64,000 nt of DNA from NCBI RefSeq assembly GCF_036917535.1, contig NZ_JBALDA010000031.1, forward strand, positions 1,242 to 65,241, in the 5' to 3' direction. Positions 1 to 10,361 of this stretch are shown piece after piece. The notes beneath the pieces were generated by a model. It did no database searches, was not told the DNA's origin, and worked only from the letters and a program-made list of their open reading frames with translations. Within the stretch, counting starts at the first letter, position 1. Each line of letters begins with the position of its first letter. The stretch is from Nostoc sp. Lineage in GTDB: Bacteria; Cyanobacteriota; Cyanobacteriia; Cyanobacteriales; Nostocaceae. The position numbers and the translations under genes were made by a program.

Positions 1-112
1 TGTTTTCCGCAAGTAAAATCAACTTTGACTTTCTCAAAATGCCTTATGACTTATTCATTTTGGTGTTTTCCGCAAGTAAAATCAACTTTGACTTTCTCAA
101 ACCCCAGTTTGC
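1..112 (+). repeat. 21-bp-module tandem repeat (63-bp period), same family as 38085-38289
   Basis: tgttttccgcaagtaaaatcaactttgactttctcaaa occurs at 1-38 and 64-101. Confidence 0.85.
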
Positions 113-261
113 TTTCTCATTTCAGTAGTTAGCGCATTCATGACAACGATCGCTATGTAGCAAAAACTATTGCAGATTTGCCGGAATTCTCTCAAGCTGA
201 TCTATACGGAAATTTTTTAAGGTAAAGAATATTAACCGTACTAGATTACAAGGTGTAGATC

Positions 262-684
262 ATAGCTCGGAGAAAAAGAACTTCTGTAGTATTAGAAAAA
301 GCAGTGCGCCGTGCGGCTAGCATAAACTCAATTGATCCGAGGTTAGATTTAGGCAATGGACTTACCTTACCTGCTTTCTCAACTCTGATCGAGACGATGC
401 GATCTAAAGAAAATGCTTACAATAGTGCCCTTTCCAGCTTGGATAAGTTGTATCGGGAAATGCTAGAAACAGAAAGCGAGTTGGGAGATATGACAGAACA
501 AATGCTAATGGCCGTTGGAACTCGATATGGCAAAAGCAGTATAGAGTACGGCATGGCAGGGGGAGTTCCTAAAAATCAGCGTCGTAAGGGACAGCGAGAA
601 AAGTCACCAATCAATAATGAGCAACCGTCATTCGTTGCCAGTATGGAGAGCAACAATGGAAAGAAACCAGCAGCAACAACTTAA
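262..684 (+). CDS. Conserved-looking hypothetical helical protein; the frame is open back to ATA at 262 (ORF track starts at GTG 304)
   Basis: Frame reads ata gct cgg aga aaa aga act tct gta gta tta gaa aaa gca gtg, with a TAG at 256-258 upstream; IDPRLDLGNGLT and YGMAGG motifs. Confidence 0.65.
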   Translation: MARRKRTSVVLEKAVRRAASINSIDPRLDLGNGLTLPAFSTLIETMRSKENAYNSALSSLDKLYREMLETESELGDMTEQMLMAVGTRYGKSSIEYGMAGGVPKNQRRKGQREKSPINNEQPSFVASMESNNGKKPAATT

Positions 685-1183
685 TATATGCTATTCTACA
701 CAAAATTTTTTCAAGCAAAAATGATTGCATAGACGCATTCGCAAAGCGTCTGGTAGATATCGCTCTCCGTAAGAAAGAGACGTAGCACTGCTACGTCTCT
801 ACTACAACTAAATTTGCATCAGATAAACTTTTATAAAGACTTGATCCTTTCTACGCCGCTGATTTTTGTGTCAACACCTTACGGATTTAAAATAGTTATC
901 AAAATATGGCGGCTATAACTGCGATCGCTAATCTTGTAAATTAGGGAGCCACTGCATTGTTATTCTCAATTAATATCACCTGCTTTGCTTGCCGTTATCA
1001 AATTATTGTTTAACAAATTTCTAGTGCGATCGTTGCTCTTGTAGATTGGGTTGACGGTAAAAAGCATCGACTTGCAAAAGTCAATTTTCTGAAAATGAAA
1101 CCAGAGATGAATACAGATAAACATTGATAATTTATCTATATCCATCTATGATTGTCTGCTTGTGATACCTGGGAATTAAACGA

Positions 1184-2773
1184 TTAGACTTGTTGTATTT
1201 CTGGACTACCATCTTCAACCACAAATGAAGCCCGCTTACTAATTGTGCCAAATGGAGTTGTGACGTTTGATAAAACTAGATAGTCTGTTTTGCAGGTTGT
1301 AGGAGTCAGCGCACAGCGAACATACCCTCGTTGACTGTTGAAGAACTTAATGTGCGGGTTATCGGGTAAGTAAGCTTCAACATTTGGGGTGGTATCTGCC
1401 CCATCGCCACCAGAGGTTATTGAAGTACAGACGAATTCACTCCCGACTGTAGCAGATTCTGGATTATTAAAGTCAGCCTTTAAATTCATTGCCCAGTTGG
1501 AATGGATATCGCCTGATAAGACGATTGGATTAAATGGTTTGCGCTGTTCTAAGAAACGCATGAGGCGATCGCGGGAAGCCACATAACCATCCCACTTATC
1601 CATGCTATAGGTTCCGCCTTTCCCTGGTTTCATGTCTATCTGAGCAACTACAACTTGCTGGGCTAAAACGTTCCACTTAGCCTGTGAGCTATTTAAACCA
1701 TCATATAGCCAATTTTCCTGACGCTTGCCAGTAATCGTTGCATTCGGATCTAAATTTTCTGGGCAACGTTCTTTAGTACCATCACCACATGGCTGATCGG
1801 TGCGATATTGGCGGGTATCTAGGACATGGAAGGTGGCTAAGTTACCAAAGGAGAGCCGACGGAAAAGTTGCATATCGGCGCCAACAGGACGCGAGAAGGG
1901 GCGCAGTGGCATGTGTTCGTAGTAAGCTTGATAGGCAGCAGCCCGCCGTTGGCGGAAGATTGCCCGATTCTGGTCTGGTTCAGTATCGACTTCCGAGATG
2001 TCGTTGGCATAGTTGTTTTCCACTTCATGGTCATCCCAGGTAACAATCCAGGGAAACGCTGCATGAGCTGCTTGCAGATTGGAATCAGTTTTATAGAGGG
2101 CGTGACGGTTGCGGTAATCTTCCAAAGTCACAATTTCTGCACTGTTATGCTGTCTGGGGCGATTTTTTGAAATTCCTCCTTCATAGATGTAGTCGCCAAC
2201 ATGCACTACTAAGCTGAGGTCGTCCTGGGCAAGATATTTGTAAGCAGTATAGTAGCCCTGCTCATAGTTCTGACAAGAGACAAGGGCAAAGTTTAATTTA
2301 TTTAAATAGCCACCTGCTAGAGGAGCTGTACGAGTGCGGCCAATGGGGCTAGCATCTTGACCGACAATAAACCGATACCAGTACCAACTATCAGATTGCA
2401 GTCCCTCTACCACAACTCGAACTGAGTGAGCTAGTTGTGGAGTTGCAAGTACCGTACCTCTGGAGACAATACGCTTCATATCGGGATCAGTAGCCATTTC
2501 CCAGCGAATTGGCACATTAGCAGATGGCATTCCACCTCCGTTTAGGGGTTCGGGAGCTAGACGAGTCCAAATCACTACGCTGGTAGGATAGGGGTCACCT
2601 GACGCTACACCCAAAGTGAAAGGATAATTAGAAAATCTGCTTCTAGCAATCGCTCGTTGATGAGAAAATTGGTTAGCGATCGCCAAACCAGACAATGCTC
2701 CTGCCCCGATAATTAAGTTGCGTCGTTTGATTCGACTGTGTAGGAACTGCTCAAAATTCCGGTAATCTACCAT
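1184..2773 (-). CDS. phoD: Alkaline phosphatase D family protein with Tat-type signal
   Basis: RR leader; FTLGVASGDP, VHVGDYIYE, TWDDHEVENN, LDTRQYR and LSGDIHS motifs. Confidence 0.92.
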   Translation of the reverse strand: MVDYRNFEQFLHSRIKRRNLIIGAGALSGLAIANQFSHQRAIARSRFSNYPFTLGVASGDPYPTSVVIWTRLAPEPLNGGGMPSANVPIRWEMATDPDMKRIVSRGTVLATPQLAHSVRVVVEGLQSDSWYWYRFIVGQDASPIGRTRTAPLAGGYLNKLNFALVSCQNYEQGYYTAYKYLAQDDLSLVVHVGDYIYEGGISKNRPRQHNSAEIVTLEDYRNRHALYKTDSNLQAAHAAFPWIVTWDDHEVENNYANDISEVDTEPDQNRAIFRQRRAAAYQAYYEHMPLRPFSRPVGADMQLFRRLSFGNLATFHVLDTRQYRTDQPCGDGTKERCPENLDPNATITGKRQENWLYDGLNSSQAKWNVLAQQVVVAQIDMKPGKGGTYSMDKWDGYVASRDRLMRFLEQRKPFNPIVLSGDIHSNWAMNLKADFNNPESATVGSEFVCTSITSGGDGADTTPNVEAYLPDNPHIKFFNSQRGYVRCALTPTTCKTDYLVLSNVTTPFGTISKRASFVVEDGSPEIQQV

Positions 2774-2956
2774 TTTCTACTCCTGACTAACAGGTAAGTT
2801 AAAACGCAGCAACAGCTAACATGAAGAAGGCAGGGTGGTCTTAGGCAAACTTCGTAACTAACTCCCTTACCAAAATCAGGTTTTAATTCCCAATTTTTTC
2901 TTCTGGCATCAATGTATTAGATGTTGTTTTGCCAGATAAAAGCATATTACTAAAAG

Positions 2957-2997
2957 ATTAATCCTTGGCAAAGAAAGCGTTAATATCAACTTAACCA
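2957..2997. promoter_or_regulatory. Possible Pho box (SphR-type) upstream of phoD
   Basis: ATTAATCC (2957), GTTAATAT (2979) and CTTAACCA (2990) lie in 11-bp phase and resemble the PyTTAAPyPy consensus. Confidence 0.35.
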
Positions 2998-3000
2998 AGA

Positions 3001-3591
3001 TTAGATTTTAATCTTTTTCATTGATGCTACTTTTTTCTTAATTATCCAACCAAAACTACAAGCAAAGAGAGCGTCAACTAAAGGTGTAGGTTCAGGTACT
3101 TGTGTATAGGAAACTCTACCTGATATGGGTTTAGCATCTGGAGAAGTGCTAGAGAAAATTGTCAAATCCTCACCAATGATTTCGTAACTTATAGAACTGG
3201 AAGGATTAGATTTATCGTTGAACAGATAGTCTAATGCTAAAGATGTTTGTCCGGTTGAGAACGTAGTTGGAAATACTAGGGGAAATTCTGGATATTTAGT
3301 ATCATCTTTTTCAGTGTAAACGGTAGAGTCACCGTCAAATTTGAAAGAGAGTGACTTAATGGTGGCTACGGGATTATCTTCTTTACTGAAAGTTGAGTCA
3401 TCAAAGCTAAAAAAGCCATTTCCCTTAGTTACGGGACTATCAACTGTGAAAGCGTAATTAATAATTGCAGCAGATACAGATTTGGCTTCTACAGTAGCAA
3501 AACTTAAAGTCAAAGTAGCAGCAGCAAGCACTAATTGTGGAACAAATTTCATCTCAGTTTTCCTCACCATAAACTTCTGTAAGTAATGCAC
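3001..3591 (-). CDS. PEP-CTERM sorting domain protein (likely start 3552)
   Basis: N-terminal signal-like hydrophobic stretch; C-terminal VPEP, hydrophobic segment and basic tail (IIKKK). Confidence 0.85.
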   Translation of the reverse strand: MHYLQKFMVRKTEMKFVPQLVLAAATLTLSFATVEAKSVSAAIINYAFTVDSPVTKGNGFFSFDDSTFSKEDNPVATIKSLSFKFDGDSTVYTEKDDTKYPEFPLVFPTTFSTGQTSLALDYLFNDKSNPSSSISYEIIGEDLTIFSSTSPDAKPISGRVSYTQVPEPTPLVDALFACSFGWIIKKKVASMKKIKI

Positions 3592-3975
3592 AATGCAAGG
3601 TATATAAATAGTTTGTTTCTAATTGGCTGATTTCCCAAACGGGTATTCATCACTGATTAGAACAGTGATGAAAATCAATGCTTTTTCCCTTTTTGAGAAA
3701 AAGAAACTAGTCTCCAAATAATTGAAGTCGCCCTATTTTAGAATCATGAGTTTAAGGAGACTTTAATTAGAGGTAAAATAAAATTGCGAATAAAAGAGTT
3801 AGCAGTTAACTAAAACATTTATATTGAACTGGGGACTGGAGAACAGGTGGCGCTCTCTGGGGATAAGGGGTAATTGGGACTGGTTGTACTAGGAATTAGA
3901 AAGATGAGTATATAGATTCATATCTCACCCTAAATGCTGCGTAATCATACTACTGATTGAAATACGGAATGTGGA

Positions 3976-4860
3976 TTATAGAGATTTTATCCGTTCTACG
4001 CCGCCCCATATTTCAAAAAACCGTTTAGTTTCAGCTTCTATCTCTGAAATTGTTCTTGGCTGTCCATTTCCAGAACCCGGAAAAATAATATAAACGATAT
4101 CCTTGGAAATTCCTCGCCTGACTCTTGATTGTACTAATGGATCGTTTCCAACAGCCTGAGACAAAGCTATTGAACCCTCTCCAATCTGGGTTTTAGGGCC
4201 AACATCAGCATAAATTGCAAAAGCGAGTTTTTCGTTATTAGTGTTGTAAACAACTGCAAAATCTCCTAATTTAACGCCTGTAGCCTTTCTAAAATCATTA
4301 TTTCCCGAAAGAACAATATACGGAATCTTTGTTGAATCAACATAGCGACGTGGATCTTGTTTAACAAATCCAGAGTCAAATAATGCAGTCGTAGAAATAT
4401 AGTATCCAGGATATGGATCGGTACTGCCTTGAATAAATGGATTGCCGTTTTTATCTACAGCTAGTGCCCACCAGTTATCCGAATACCCAGCATTTGCCAA
4501 AAAATCAATCCCTGTATCTGCGGGGTGATAAGCATTAGGCGCACCATCAGCATTAATGCTCATACCTGCCTCATAGAAAAATGTAGATTCTCCATTTGCC
4601 TGGAAAATAGAAATTTCACCAATTTTAAGAATAGTCTTGATAGAAAATTTTGTGACTGGACTAAGAAATTTTTGAGCTACAAAACCTTCTAAAGTTTTGC
4701 CTTCAAGAATAGTTGCCACCTTCCACCACTTGTCATTATCCGAATGTTTAATTTTAGTGACAATATATCCTTTTGGAAGAGATGCTATTTGATTAACTTC
4801 GTCAACAATCGGTACTGAACGTATATTTAAACTATCTGAGATTACTTGAAATTGCTGCAT
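3976..4860 (-). CDS. SH3-domain plus glycoside hydrolase family 75 (chitosanase-like) protein
   Basis: N-terminal LNIRS...WWKV...GFV SH3b-like region; NADGAP, YVDSTKIPYIVL, ADVGP and GEGSIAL GH75-like motifs. Confidence 0.7.
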   Translation of the reverse strand: MQQFQVISDSLNIRSVPIVDEVNQIASLPKGYIVTKIKHSDNDKWWKVATILEGKTLEGFVAQKFLSPVTKFSIKTILKIGEISIFQANGESTFFYEAGMSINADGAPNAYHPADTGIDFLANAGYSDNWWALAVDKNGNPFIQGSTDPYPGYYISTTALFDSGFVKQDPRRYVDSTKIPYIVLSGNNDFRKATGVKLGDFAVVYNTNNEKLAFAIYADVGPKTQIGEGSIALSQAVGNDPLVQSRVRRGISKDIVYIIFPGSGNGQPRTISEIEAETKRFFEIWGGVERIKSL

Positions 4861-5283
4861 AAATTACTCCAAATTTAAAAGTTGAAATTATGAAAATATA
4901 TTAAGAAAGCCAAATTTTGTGCTGATGCTATTGCTAATATCTAGTCTCAAATTCTGATTTTTCGATGTCGCGCCAGCTGCTACAATAGAGAGTCAGTCAG
5001 TTAGGCGGGTAATACCTAATTTTTCTAGAAGGAAGCAAGGCAATACAAAAGAACGAACCCCCGCAATCCACGCCACATCTAGATATCACTTACTAAATCG
5101 CTGGATTTAGATCCCCGACTTCTTCAAGAAGTTGCGAATCTAGGCAGCAATTTTTGCTTAAAAAGTAGCATTCCACCTTACAGCCACCTTTGACTTGAAA
5201 AAAAATTTAAACAAAGGTGAGTAAGTGAACATCTTGGGAACTATAGAAGCAAATCAAATTAGCACAACTTTCAGCTTCCAGCA

Positions 5284-7473
5284 ATGAAGACTCACTATCT
5301 CAGCAAAGCTAAGGCGTTGCCATTACAGATTGTTCTTATTGTTCCCTTTGTGATTCAAATTTTTGCAGCGGTCAGTTTAGTGGGTTATTTGTCCTTTAAA
5401 AATGGACAAAGAGCAGTTAATGACCTGGCAGAACAGTTGATAGATCGTAACAGGAACGTAGTGGACGAACACCTCAAGTCTTATCTTTCTGTTCCGCAAA
5501 CCCTGAATCAGATCAACGCAGATGCTATCCACAGGGGAATATTAAATGTGCGCGATCGCCAAACCCTTGGCAAGTATTTCTGGGATCAGATGCACGCCTA
5601 TGACTTGACTTATATTGGTATTGGATTAACGACAGGTGAGGGGCTGGGTGCAGCTCGTTATGATGGCAAGACAATCACTATTGATGATTGGACTGCCAAG
5701 CCTCCCAATAATGTTTACACTTACGCTACTAACGATCAAGGCGATCGAACTCAAATCAATGCTCGGTGGGATTGGAAAAATTCTCAGGAATCTTGGTATA
5801 CCCAACCGATCGCTGCTGGTAAACCTATTTGGGCAAAGATTGTAAGTGGAAATTATCCCACCGGTCCCTACATTGCTGCTTCTGCGAGTCGTCCGATTTA
5901 TGATTCGCAAAATCGCTTGCTGGGAATGATTGCCTGCGATATTCATCTCCTGAAACTAGGCGATTTTTTACGCAATTTGGATATTAGTCAGTCTGGGCGG
6001 GTGTTCCTTTTAGAACGTGATGGCACATTAATCGCTACTTCCGGCACTGAAAAGCCCTTTACCTTCGTTAATCAAAAGGTTAAAAGATTGCAGGCGAGCG
6101 ACAGTTCTGACCCAATAATACAGAAGGTTGTTAGACACCTACAAACTTTTAAAGAGTTTGACTCCATCACCCAAGACACAGATTTTCAACTTGAAATACA
6201 AGGAAAACGGCATTTTGTCGATGTTGTACCTTGGCGTGACAAATATGGCTTGGATTGGTTGCTGGTGGTGAGTGTGCCAGAAAACACATTCATGGCACAA
6301 ATTAACGCTAACACGCAGACCACGCTCGCCCTTTGTTTGGGCGCATTAGTCATTGCCTCAGTGATGGGTGTGTTTACCTCCCATTGGATTGTACGCCCGA
6401 TTCTGCGCCTGAATCGGGCAAGTAAGGCAATGGCATCTGGCAATTTAAATCAGACAGTAAAAACTAGCAGTATTCGAGAACTTAATACCCTGTCTAACTC
6501 TTTCAACTACATGGCAGGACAACTACATGAATCGTTTACGGCTTTAGAGAAAAGCAAGGAAGAACTAGAAGATCGAGTAGAAGAACGTACCACTGAACTT
6601 AAAAATACATTAGAGGAATTGCAACGCACTCAATCTCAAATTATTCAAAGTGAAAAAATGTCTAGCCTGGGACAACTAGTTGCTGGAGTCGCACACGAAA
6701 TTAATAATCCAGTCAACTTTATTCATGGCAACCTCGCCCATGTGCAGGAATATACCCAGGATTTATTAGCACTTATGCAGTTGTATCAGCAATATAATCC
6801 CTACCCTGTTGCTGAAATTCAAACTGTTGCTGAAGACATCGATCTGGAGTTTTTGCAGTCAGACTTGCCAAAATTATTGTCTTCTATGAAAGTAGGCACC
6901 GATCGCATTCGTCAAATTGTACTGTCGCTGCGAAATTTCTCTCGCATCGATGAAGCGGAATTAAAAAGCGTCAATATTCATGAAGGCATCGACAGTACTT
7001 TGATGATTTTGCAGCACCGCCTCAAAGGTAAACCAGAACAACCTGAAATTGAGGTGATTAAAGACTACGACAATGTACCCCCAGTAGAATGCTATGCCGG
7101 ACAACTTAATCAGGTATTTATGAATATTTTAGTAAATGCGATTGATGCGTTAGAAGAAAATAATACCAAGCGTACTTATCAGGAAATCAAGGACAATCCC
7201 AGTCAAATTAAGATTCGCACATCGGTAGTTAATTCAATGTGGTTAGAAGTAGCGATCGCTGATAACGGAGTTGGTATTTCTAAAGAATTTCAGCAACGAA
7301 TATTCGATCCCTTTTTCACCACTAAACCCATTGGCAAAGGAACCGGAATGGGTATGTCCATCAGCTACCAAATCGTCACAGAAAAACATAATGGTAAACT
7401 GGAGTGTTTCTCAACTCCTGGAAAAGGAACCGAGTTTATCATTCAGATTCCCCTGTGGCTAAGGAATGGTTGA
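5284..7473 (+). CDS. Membrane sensor histidine kinase (Cache-like periplasmic domain, HAMP, HisKA, HATPase)
   Basis: Two TM segments; GVAHEINNP H-box; QVFMNILVNA N-box; DNGVG and FFTTKPIGKGTGMG. Confidence 0.92.
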   Translation: MKTHYLSKAKALPLQIVLIVPFVIQIFAAVSLVGYLSFKNGQRAVNDLAEQLIDRNRNVVDEHLKSYLSVPQTLNQINADAIHRGILNVRDRQTLGKYFWDQMHAYDLTYIGIGLTTGEGLGAARYDGKTITIDDWTAKPPNNVYTYATNDQGDRTQINARWDWKNSQESWYTQPIAAGKPIWAKIVSGNYPTGPYIAASASRPIYDSQNRLLGMIACDIHLLKLGDFLRNLDISQSGRVFLLERDGTLIATSGTEKPFTFVNQKVKRLQASDSSDPIIQKVVRHLQTFKEFDSITQDTDFQLEIQGKRHFVDVVPWRDKYGLDWLLVVSVPENTFMAQINANTQTTLALCLGALVIASVMGVFTSHWIVRPILRLNRASKAMASGNLNQTVKTSSIRELNTLSNSFNYMAGQLHESFTALEKSKEELEDRVEERTTELKNTLEELQRTQSQIIQSEKMSSLGQLVAGVAHEINNPVNFIHGNLAHVQEYTQDLLALMQLYQQYNPYPVAEIQTVAEDIDLEFLQSDLPKLLSSMKVGTDRIRQIVLSLRNFSRIDEAELKSVNIHEGIDSTLMILQHRLKGKPEQPEIEVIKDYDNVPPVECYAGQLNQVFMNILVNAIDALEENNTKRTYQEIKDNPSQIKIRTSVVNSMWLEVAIADNGVGISKEFQQRIFDPFFTTKPIGKGTGMGMSISYQIVTEKHNGKLECFSTPGKGTEFIIQIPLWLRNG

Positions 7474-7683
7474 ACTATAAATTATGGCTGAGGCTTGCGG
7501 GAAAAGGAAGATATAAAGAATTTTAGATTATACAGCAGATTTCAATTTGAGGAAGCTGTACTTCATTAACTTGTAAAGTGCTGTTAGTAACAATACTTTT
7601 GCTAATTTACGAAGCTTAAACAATGATTTGCGGTTTAGGGCGTAACAGGTTATGACAGTTGAACAGATTTAAAATCAGTAGTC

Positions 7684-8349
7684 GTGTTTGTTAAAAAATT
7701 TATGCAGATAAATCAGGTGATTGAAACTTACGATCGAGGAGCAGTGGATTATGACGCAATTATGAAGCGTTACTGGCACATTGAACGCGAACCCTTAATT
7801 GCTTCCTTGCAGCTAAAACCAGGACAAACTGCCCTAGATGCTGCGGTAGGAACTGGTCTTAATCTTCCAGCCTATCCTGAAAGTGTACGTGTCGTCGGTG
7901 TCGATCTTTCTGAGAAGATGATAGATGAAGCACGTAAAAAGCCCGTATCCGCAGACATCACTTTCAAGGTATCGGATCTCTGCAATCTTGATTTTTCTGA
8001 TAATAGCTTTGATGCAGCAGCGTCGGGATTTACCCTGTGTGTAGTTGAAGATCCAGTCCGCGCTCTTGCAGAGATCCTGCGAGTTACTAAGCCTGGTGCC
8101 TTGATTGCCATTCTCGATTACTGCAAATCACAAGATCCAGAGATTAAGAAATGGCAAGAATTAATATCTGATAGTACTTCACAGCTAGGTTTTCCGACTG
8201 GCAAGATCAAGTGGGATGCATTGATGGATTATAACAAATTGATTTATAATAGCAAGCTTCCCATTGAAGTGCTTGCGGACGATCGCACAGACAGTCCAAA
8301 TCCGTTTTTATGTGGTTGTCAATTACTGCTTAAAAATTCAAAAAGTTAA
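7684..8349 (+). CDS. Class I SAM-dependent methyltransferase (likely start 7702)
   Basis: LDAAVGTG motif I; GVDLSEKM; RVTKPGA. Confidence 0.85.
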   Translation: MFVKKFMQINQVIETYDRGAVDYDAIMKRYWHIEREPLIASLQLKPGQTALDAAVGTGLNLPAYPESVRVVGVDLSEKMIDEARKKPVSADITFKVSDLCNLDFSDNSFDAAASGFTLCVVEDPVRALAEILRVTKPGALIAILDYCKSQDPEIKKWQELISDSTSQLGFPTGKIKWDALMDYNKLIYNSKLPIEVLADDRTDSPNPFLCGCQLLLKNSKS

Positions 8350-8467
8350 AAGCAATAGGATCAATAGACCTCTTGCACATATACAAAATTCGCCCACCCT
8401 GCGGGGTCTTGCTACATCTCCCAACCTCTTCTCCCAATTTGGGGAGAAGGGGAGCCAAATTCAAAAT

Positions 8468-8572
8468 CGGCGTTGCAGAACAGTGGGATGAATTGGGGCA
8501 AGCAGGGGAGGCAGGGGAAGCAAGGGGAGAATTTTGGAAGTTACTAAATCATCCCGCAACTATGCAACGCCC
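8468..8572. mobile_element. 105-bp MITE-like element inserted in a REP-like palindromic repeat
   Basis: Imperfect ~27-bp terminal inverted repeats (cggcgttgca...gggatga / tcatccc...tgcaacgccc); AAAAT duplicated at 8463-8467 and 8573-8577. Confidence 0.7.
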
Positions 8573-8671
8573 AAAATCCCTCTGCCAAGCTTGGCAGAGG
8601 GATTTTGGGTGAGGGCTTTTGATTCATCCAAGAAGTCCAATGAGTGCGATCGCAGTATGTGCGTTAGAGTT

Positions 8672-9469
8672 TTACAGGTAGTTTTGAAACAGTTCTAAAA
8701 CATGTTGCCAAGCATCAGGAGCCGCTTCTGGGTTATAACTTGGGTGCTGGGCTAAAAATGGGTATTGGTCTTTGAAGAATCCGGCGAAGAATCCGTGTCC
8801 AGCGTCGTATCGAAATACACGATGATTTATTTGATGTTTTTGGAGTTCTGCTTCAATTTGCTCGTTTTCTTCCTGGGAAACTAATGCATCTCTTGTACCA
8901 AAAAATGCATAAATAGTACCTTTAATTTCTGAAGTACGATTAATAGTTGGAGTATCTTCACCATAACTAGCAGTGGTAATCCCACCACCATAAAACGAAG
9001 CCGTTGCTTTGATATCCGGTAAAGTTGCAGCCATATAAGCAACATGACCACCAAAACAAAAACCAATGACACCGAGGGCATCATCTTTGACATTAGGTAA
9101 AGTTTTGAGGTAAATAATGGTAGCTTGAATATCACTGAATATCTCTTGATATTTTACTTGTTGATAATATTCCAAGCCCAGCCGATAGGCTTCTGGACTA
9201 TAGCCAATATCTTCAGGGCTAAAATCAGCCTCAAAACCGGGAGCAATACGTTGATACATCGCTGGAGCGATCGCTATATATCCTTGTTTAGCAATTAGTT
9301 CGGTGATATCTCGAATATTACTATTAATTCCAAAAATTTCTGGAAAAACTATAACTGCGCCAAAGCTTCCCTTTTGTGATGGTTGAGCTAAATAAGCACC
9401 GATTTCTAAATTATTGTTAGGTACTTTGACATAACAAGTGTTAATTTCGATATTTGTTGTTTCTAGCAT
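8672..9469 (-). CDS. Dienelactone hydrolase family protein
   Basis: EIFG, GFCFGG nucleophile elbow, SFYG and AGHGF motifs. Confidence 0.9.
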   Translation of the reverse strand: MLETTNIEINTCYVKVPNNNLEIGAYLAQPSQKGSFGAVIVFPEIFGINSNIRDITELIAKQGYIAIAPAMYQRIAPGFEADFSPEDIGYSPEAYRLGLEYYQQVKYQEIFSDIQATIIYLKTLPNVKDDALGVIGFCFGGHVAYMAATLPDIKATASFYGGGITTASYGEDTPTINRTSEIKGTIYAFFGTRDALVSQEENEQIEAELQKHQINHRVFRYDAGHGFFAGFFKDQYPFLAQHPSYNPEAAPDAWQHVLELFQNYL

Positions 9470-9753
9470 CTTTGTTTCGACGGAGTTTATAGCAATTCAT
9501 CTATTCTGACTGTTTTTTAACACCAATGGGCGATGACTACTATAGGCAGAAACACCAAAGTGTTGTTCTGCTCAATAAAGAGAAATTGCTTACCTCAAGT
9601 ATGACTTTACTGTGATGAGTAAATCGGATGAATTTCTAACTTTTGAATAAAATGCCATCTCAAACTTCTGGAAGATCCCAAGGGTTTTTGATTTGTGCGA
9701 CCTTACATAAAGTAAGCATAAAAACTCTAAACTAATAATCACAACAAAAAACG

Positions 9754-10293
9754 ATGCCCGATCAAAGTTTTAGAACAGACGTTCCAGAAATTGACTCAAC
9801 GGAGATTGAAGATAATCGAGCTGCGATCGCCGAAGAACATCGCTCCTTCCTGGAAAAAGTTCAGGTCAAAGGCGGATTTGCAGATCCCTATGATGCAAGG
9901 GATTTTACTGAAGTTGTGTTTCGCGTAATGCGCGACGTGATGACCACAGAAGCCAGCGATCGCGTCGAGGCAGAACTGCATACAGAGGCTGTACCTACTG
10001 ATGAGAAAGCACTCCAGTTTGAAGTGTCCGATCTCTGGAAAGACACCAATCCAATTGTGGGACTTTTGAGCCGGGTTCGTCCACCCTGGAAAGGCTCAGG
10101 TATCTTTAATATCGATTCCGATCGCTTCCTGTTCCGAGTTGCTAATGAAAGCGGAATGCCGCGATCGGTTGATCGAGAACAAGCGGTTAAAGCAGTCTTT
10201 TCTGCCACCAAAGACGAGCTTTCCGAAGAACGAATTCAGGAAATTGCTAGCTGGCTACCTGACTATGTACGTCAGCTTTGGGAGCAGGCTTAA
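9754..10293 (+). CDS. DUF2267-like protein
   Basis: FLEKVQ...VFRVMRD and AVKAVFSATK...EIASWLP patterns. Confidence 0.65.
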   Translation: MPDQSFRTDVPEIDSTEIEDNRAAIAEEHRSFLEKVQVKGGFADPYDARDFTEVVFRVMRDVMTTEASDRVEAELHTEAVPTDEKALQFEVSDLWKDTNPIVGLLSRVRPPWKGSGIFNIDSDRFLFRVANESGMPRSVDREQAVKAVFSATKDELSEERIQEIASWLPDYVRQLWEQA

Positions 10294-10316
10294 TTAGAAA
10301 GTTAAAAAAAGTCAAG

Positions 10317-10345
10317 CCTGTTTGTGAGTAACGCTCATAAACAGG
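10317..10345. terminator. Hairpin between convergent DUF2267 and xisI genes
   Basis: cctgtttgtgag / ctcataaacagg stem flanked by A and T runs. Confidence 0.55.
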
Positions 10346-10361
10346 TTTTCTATATATAAGT

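Noticed and set aside
921-928. GCGATCGC octamers throughout the window
   Set aside because: Ordinary HIP1; used only as taxonomic evidence
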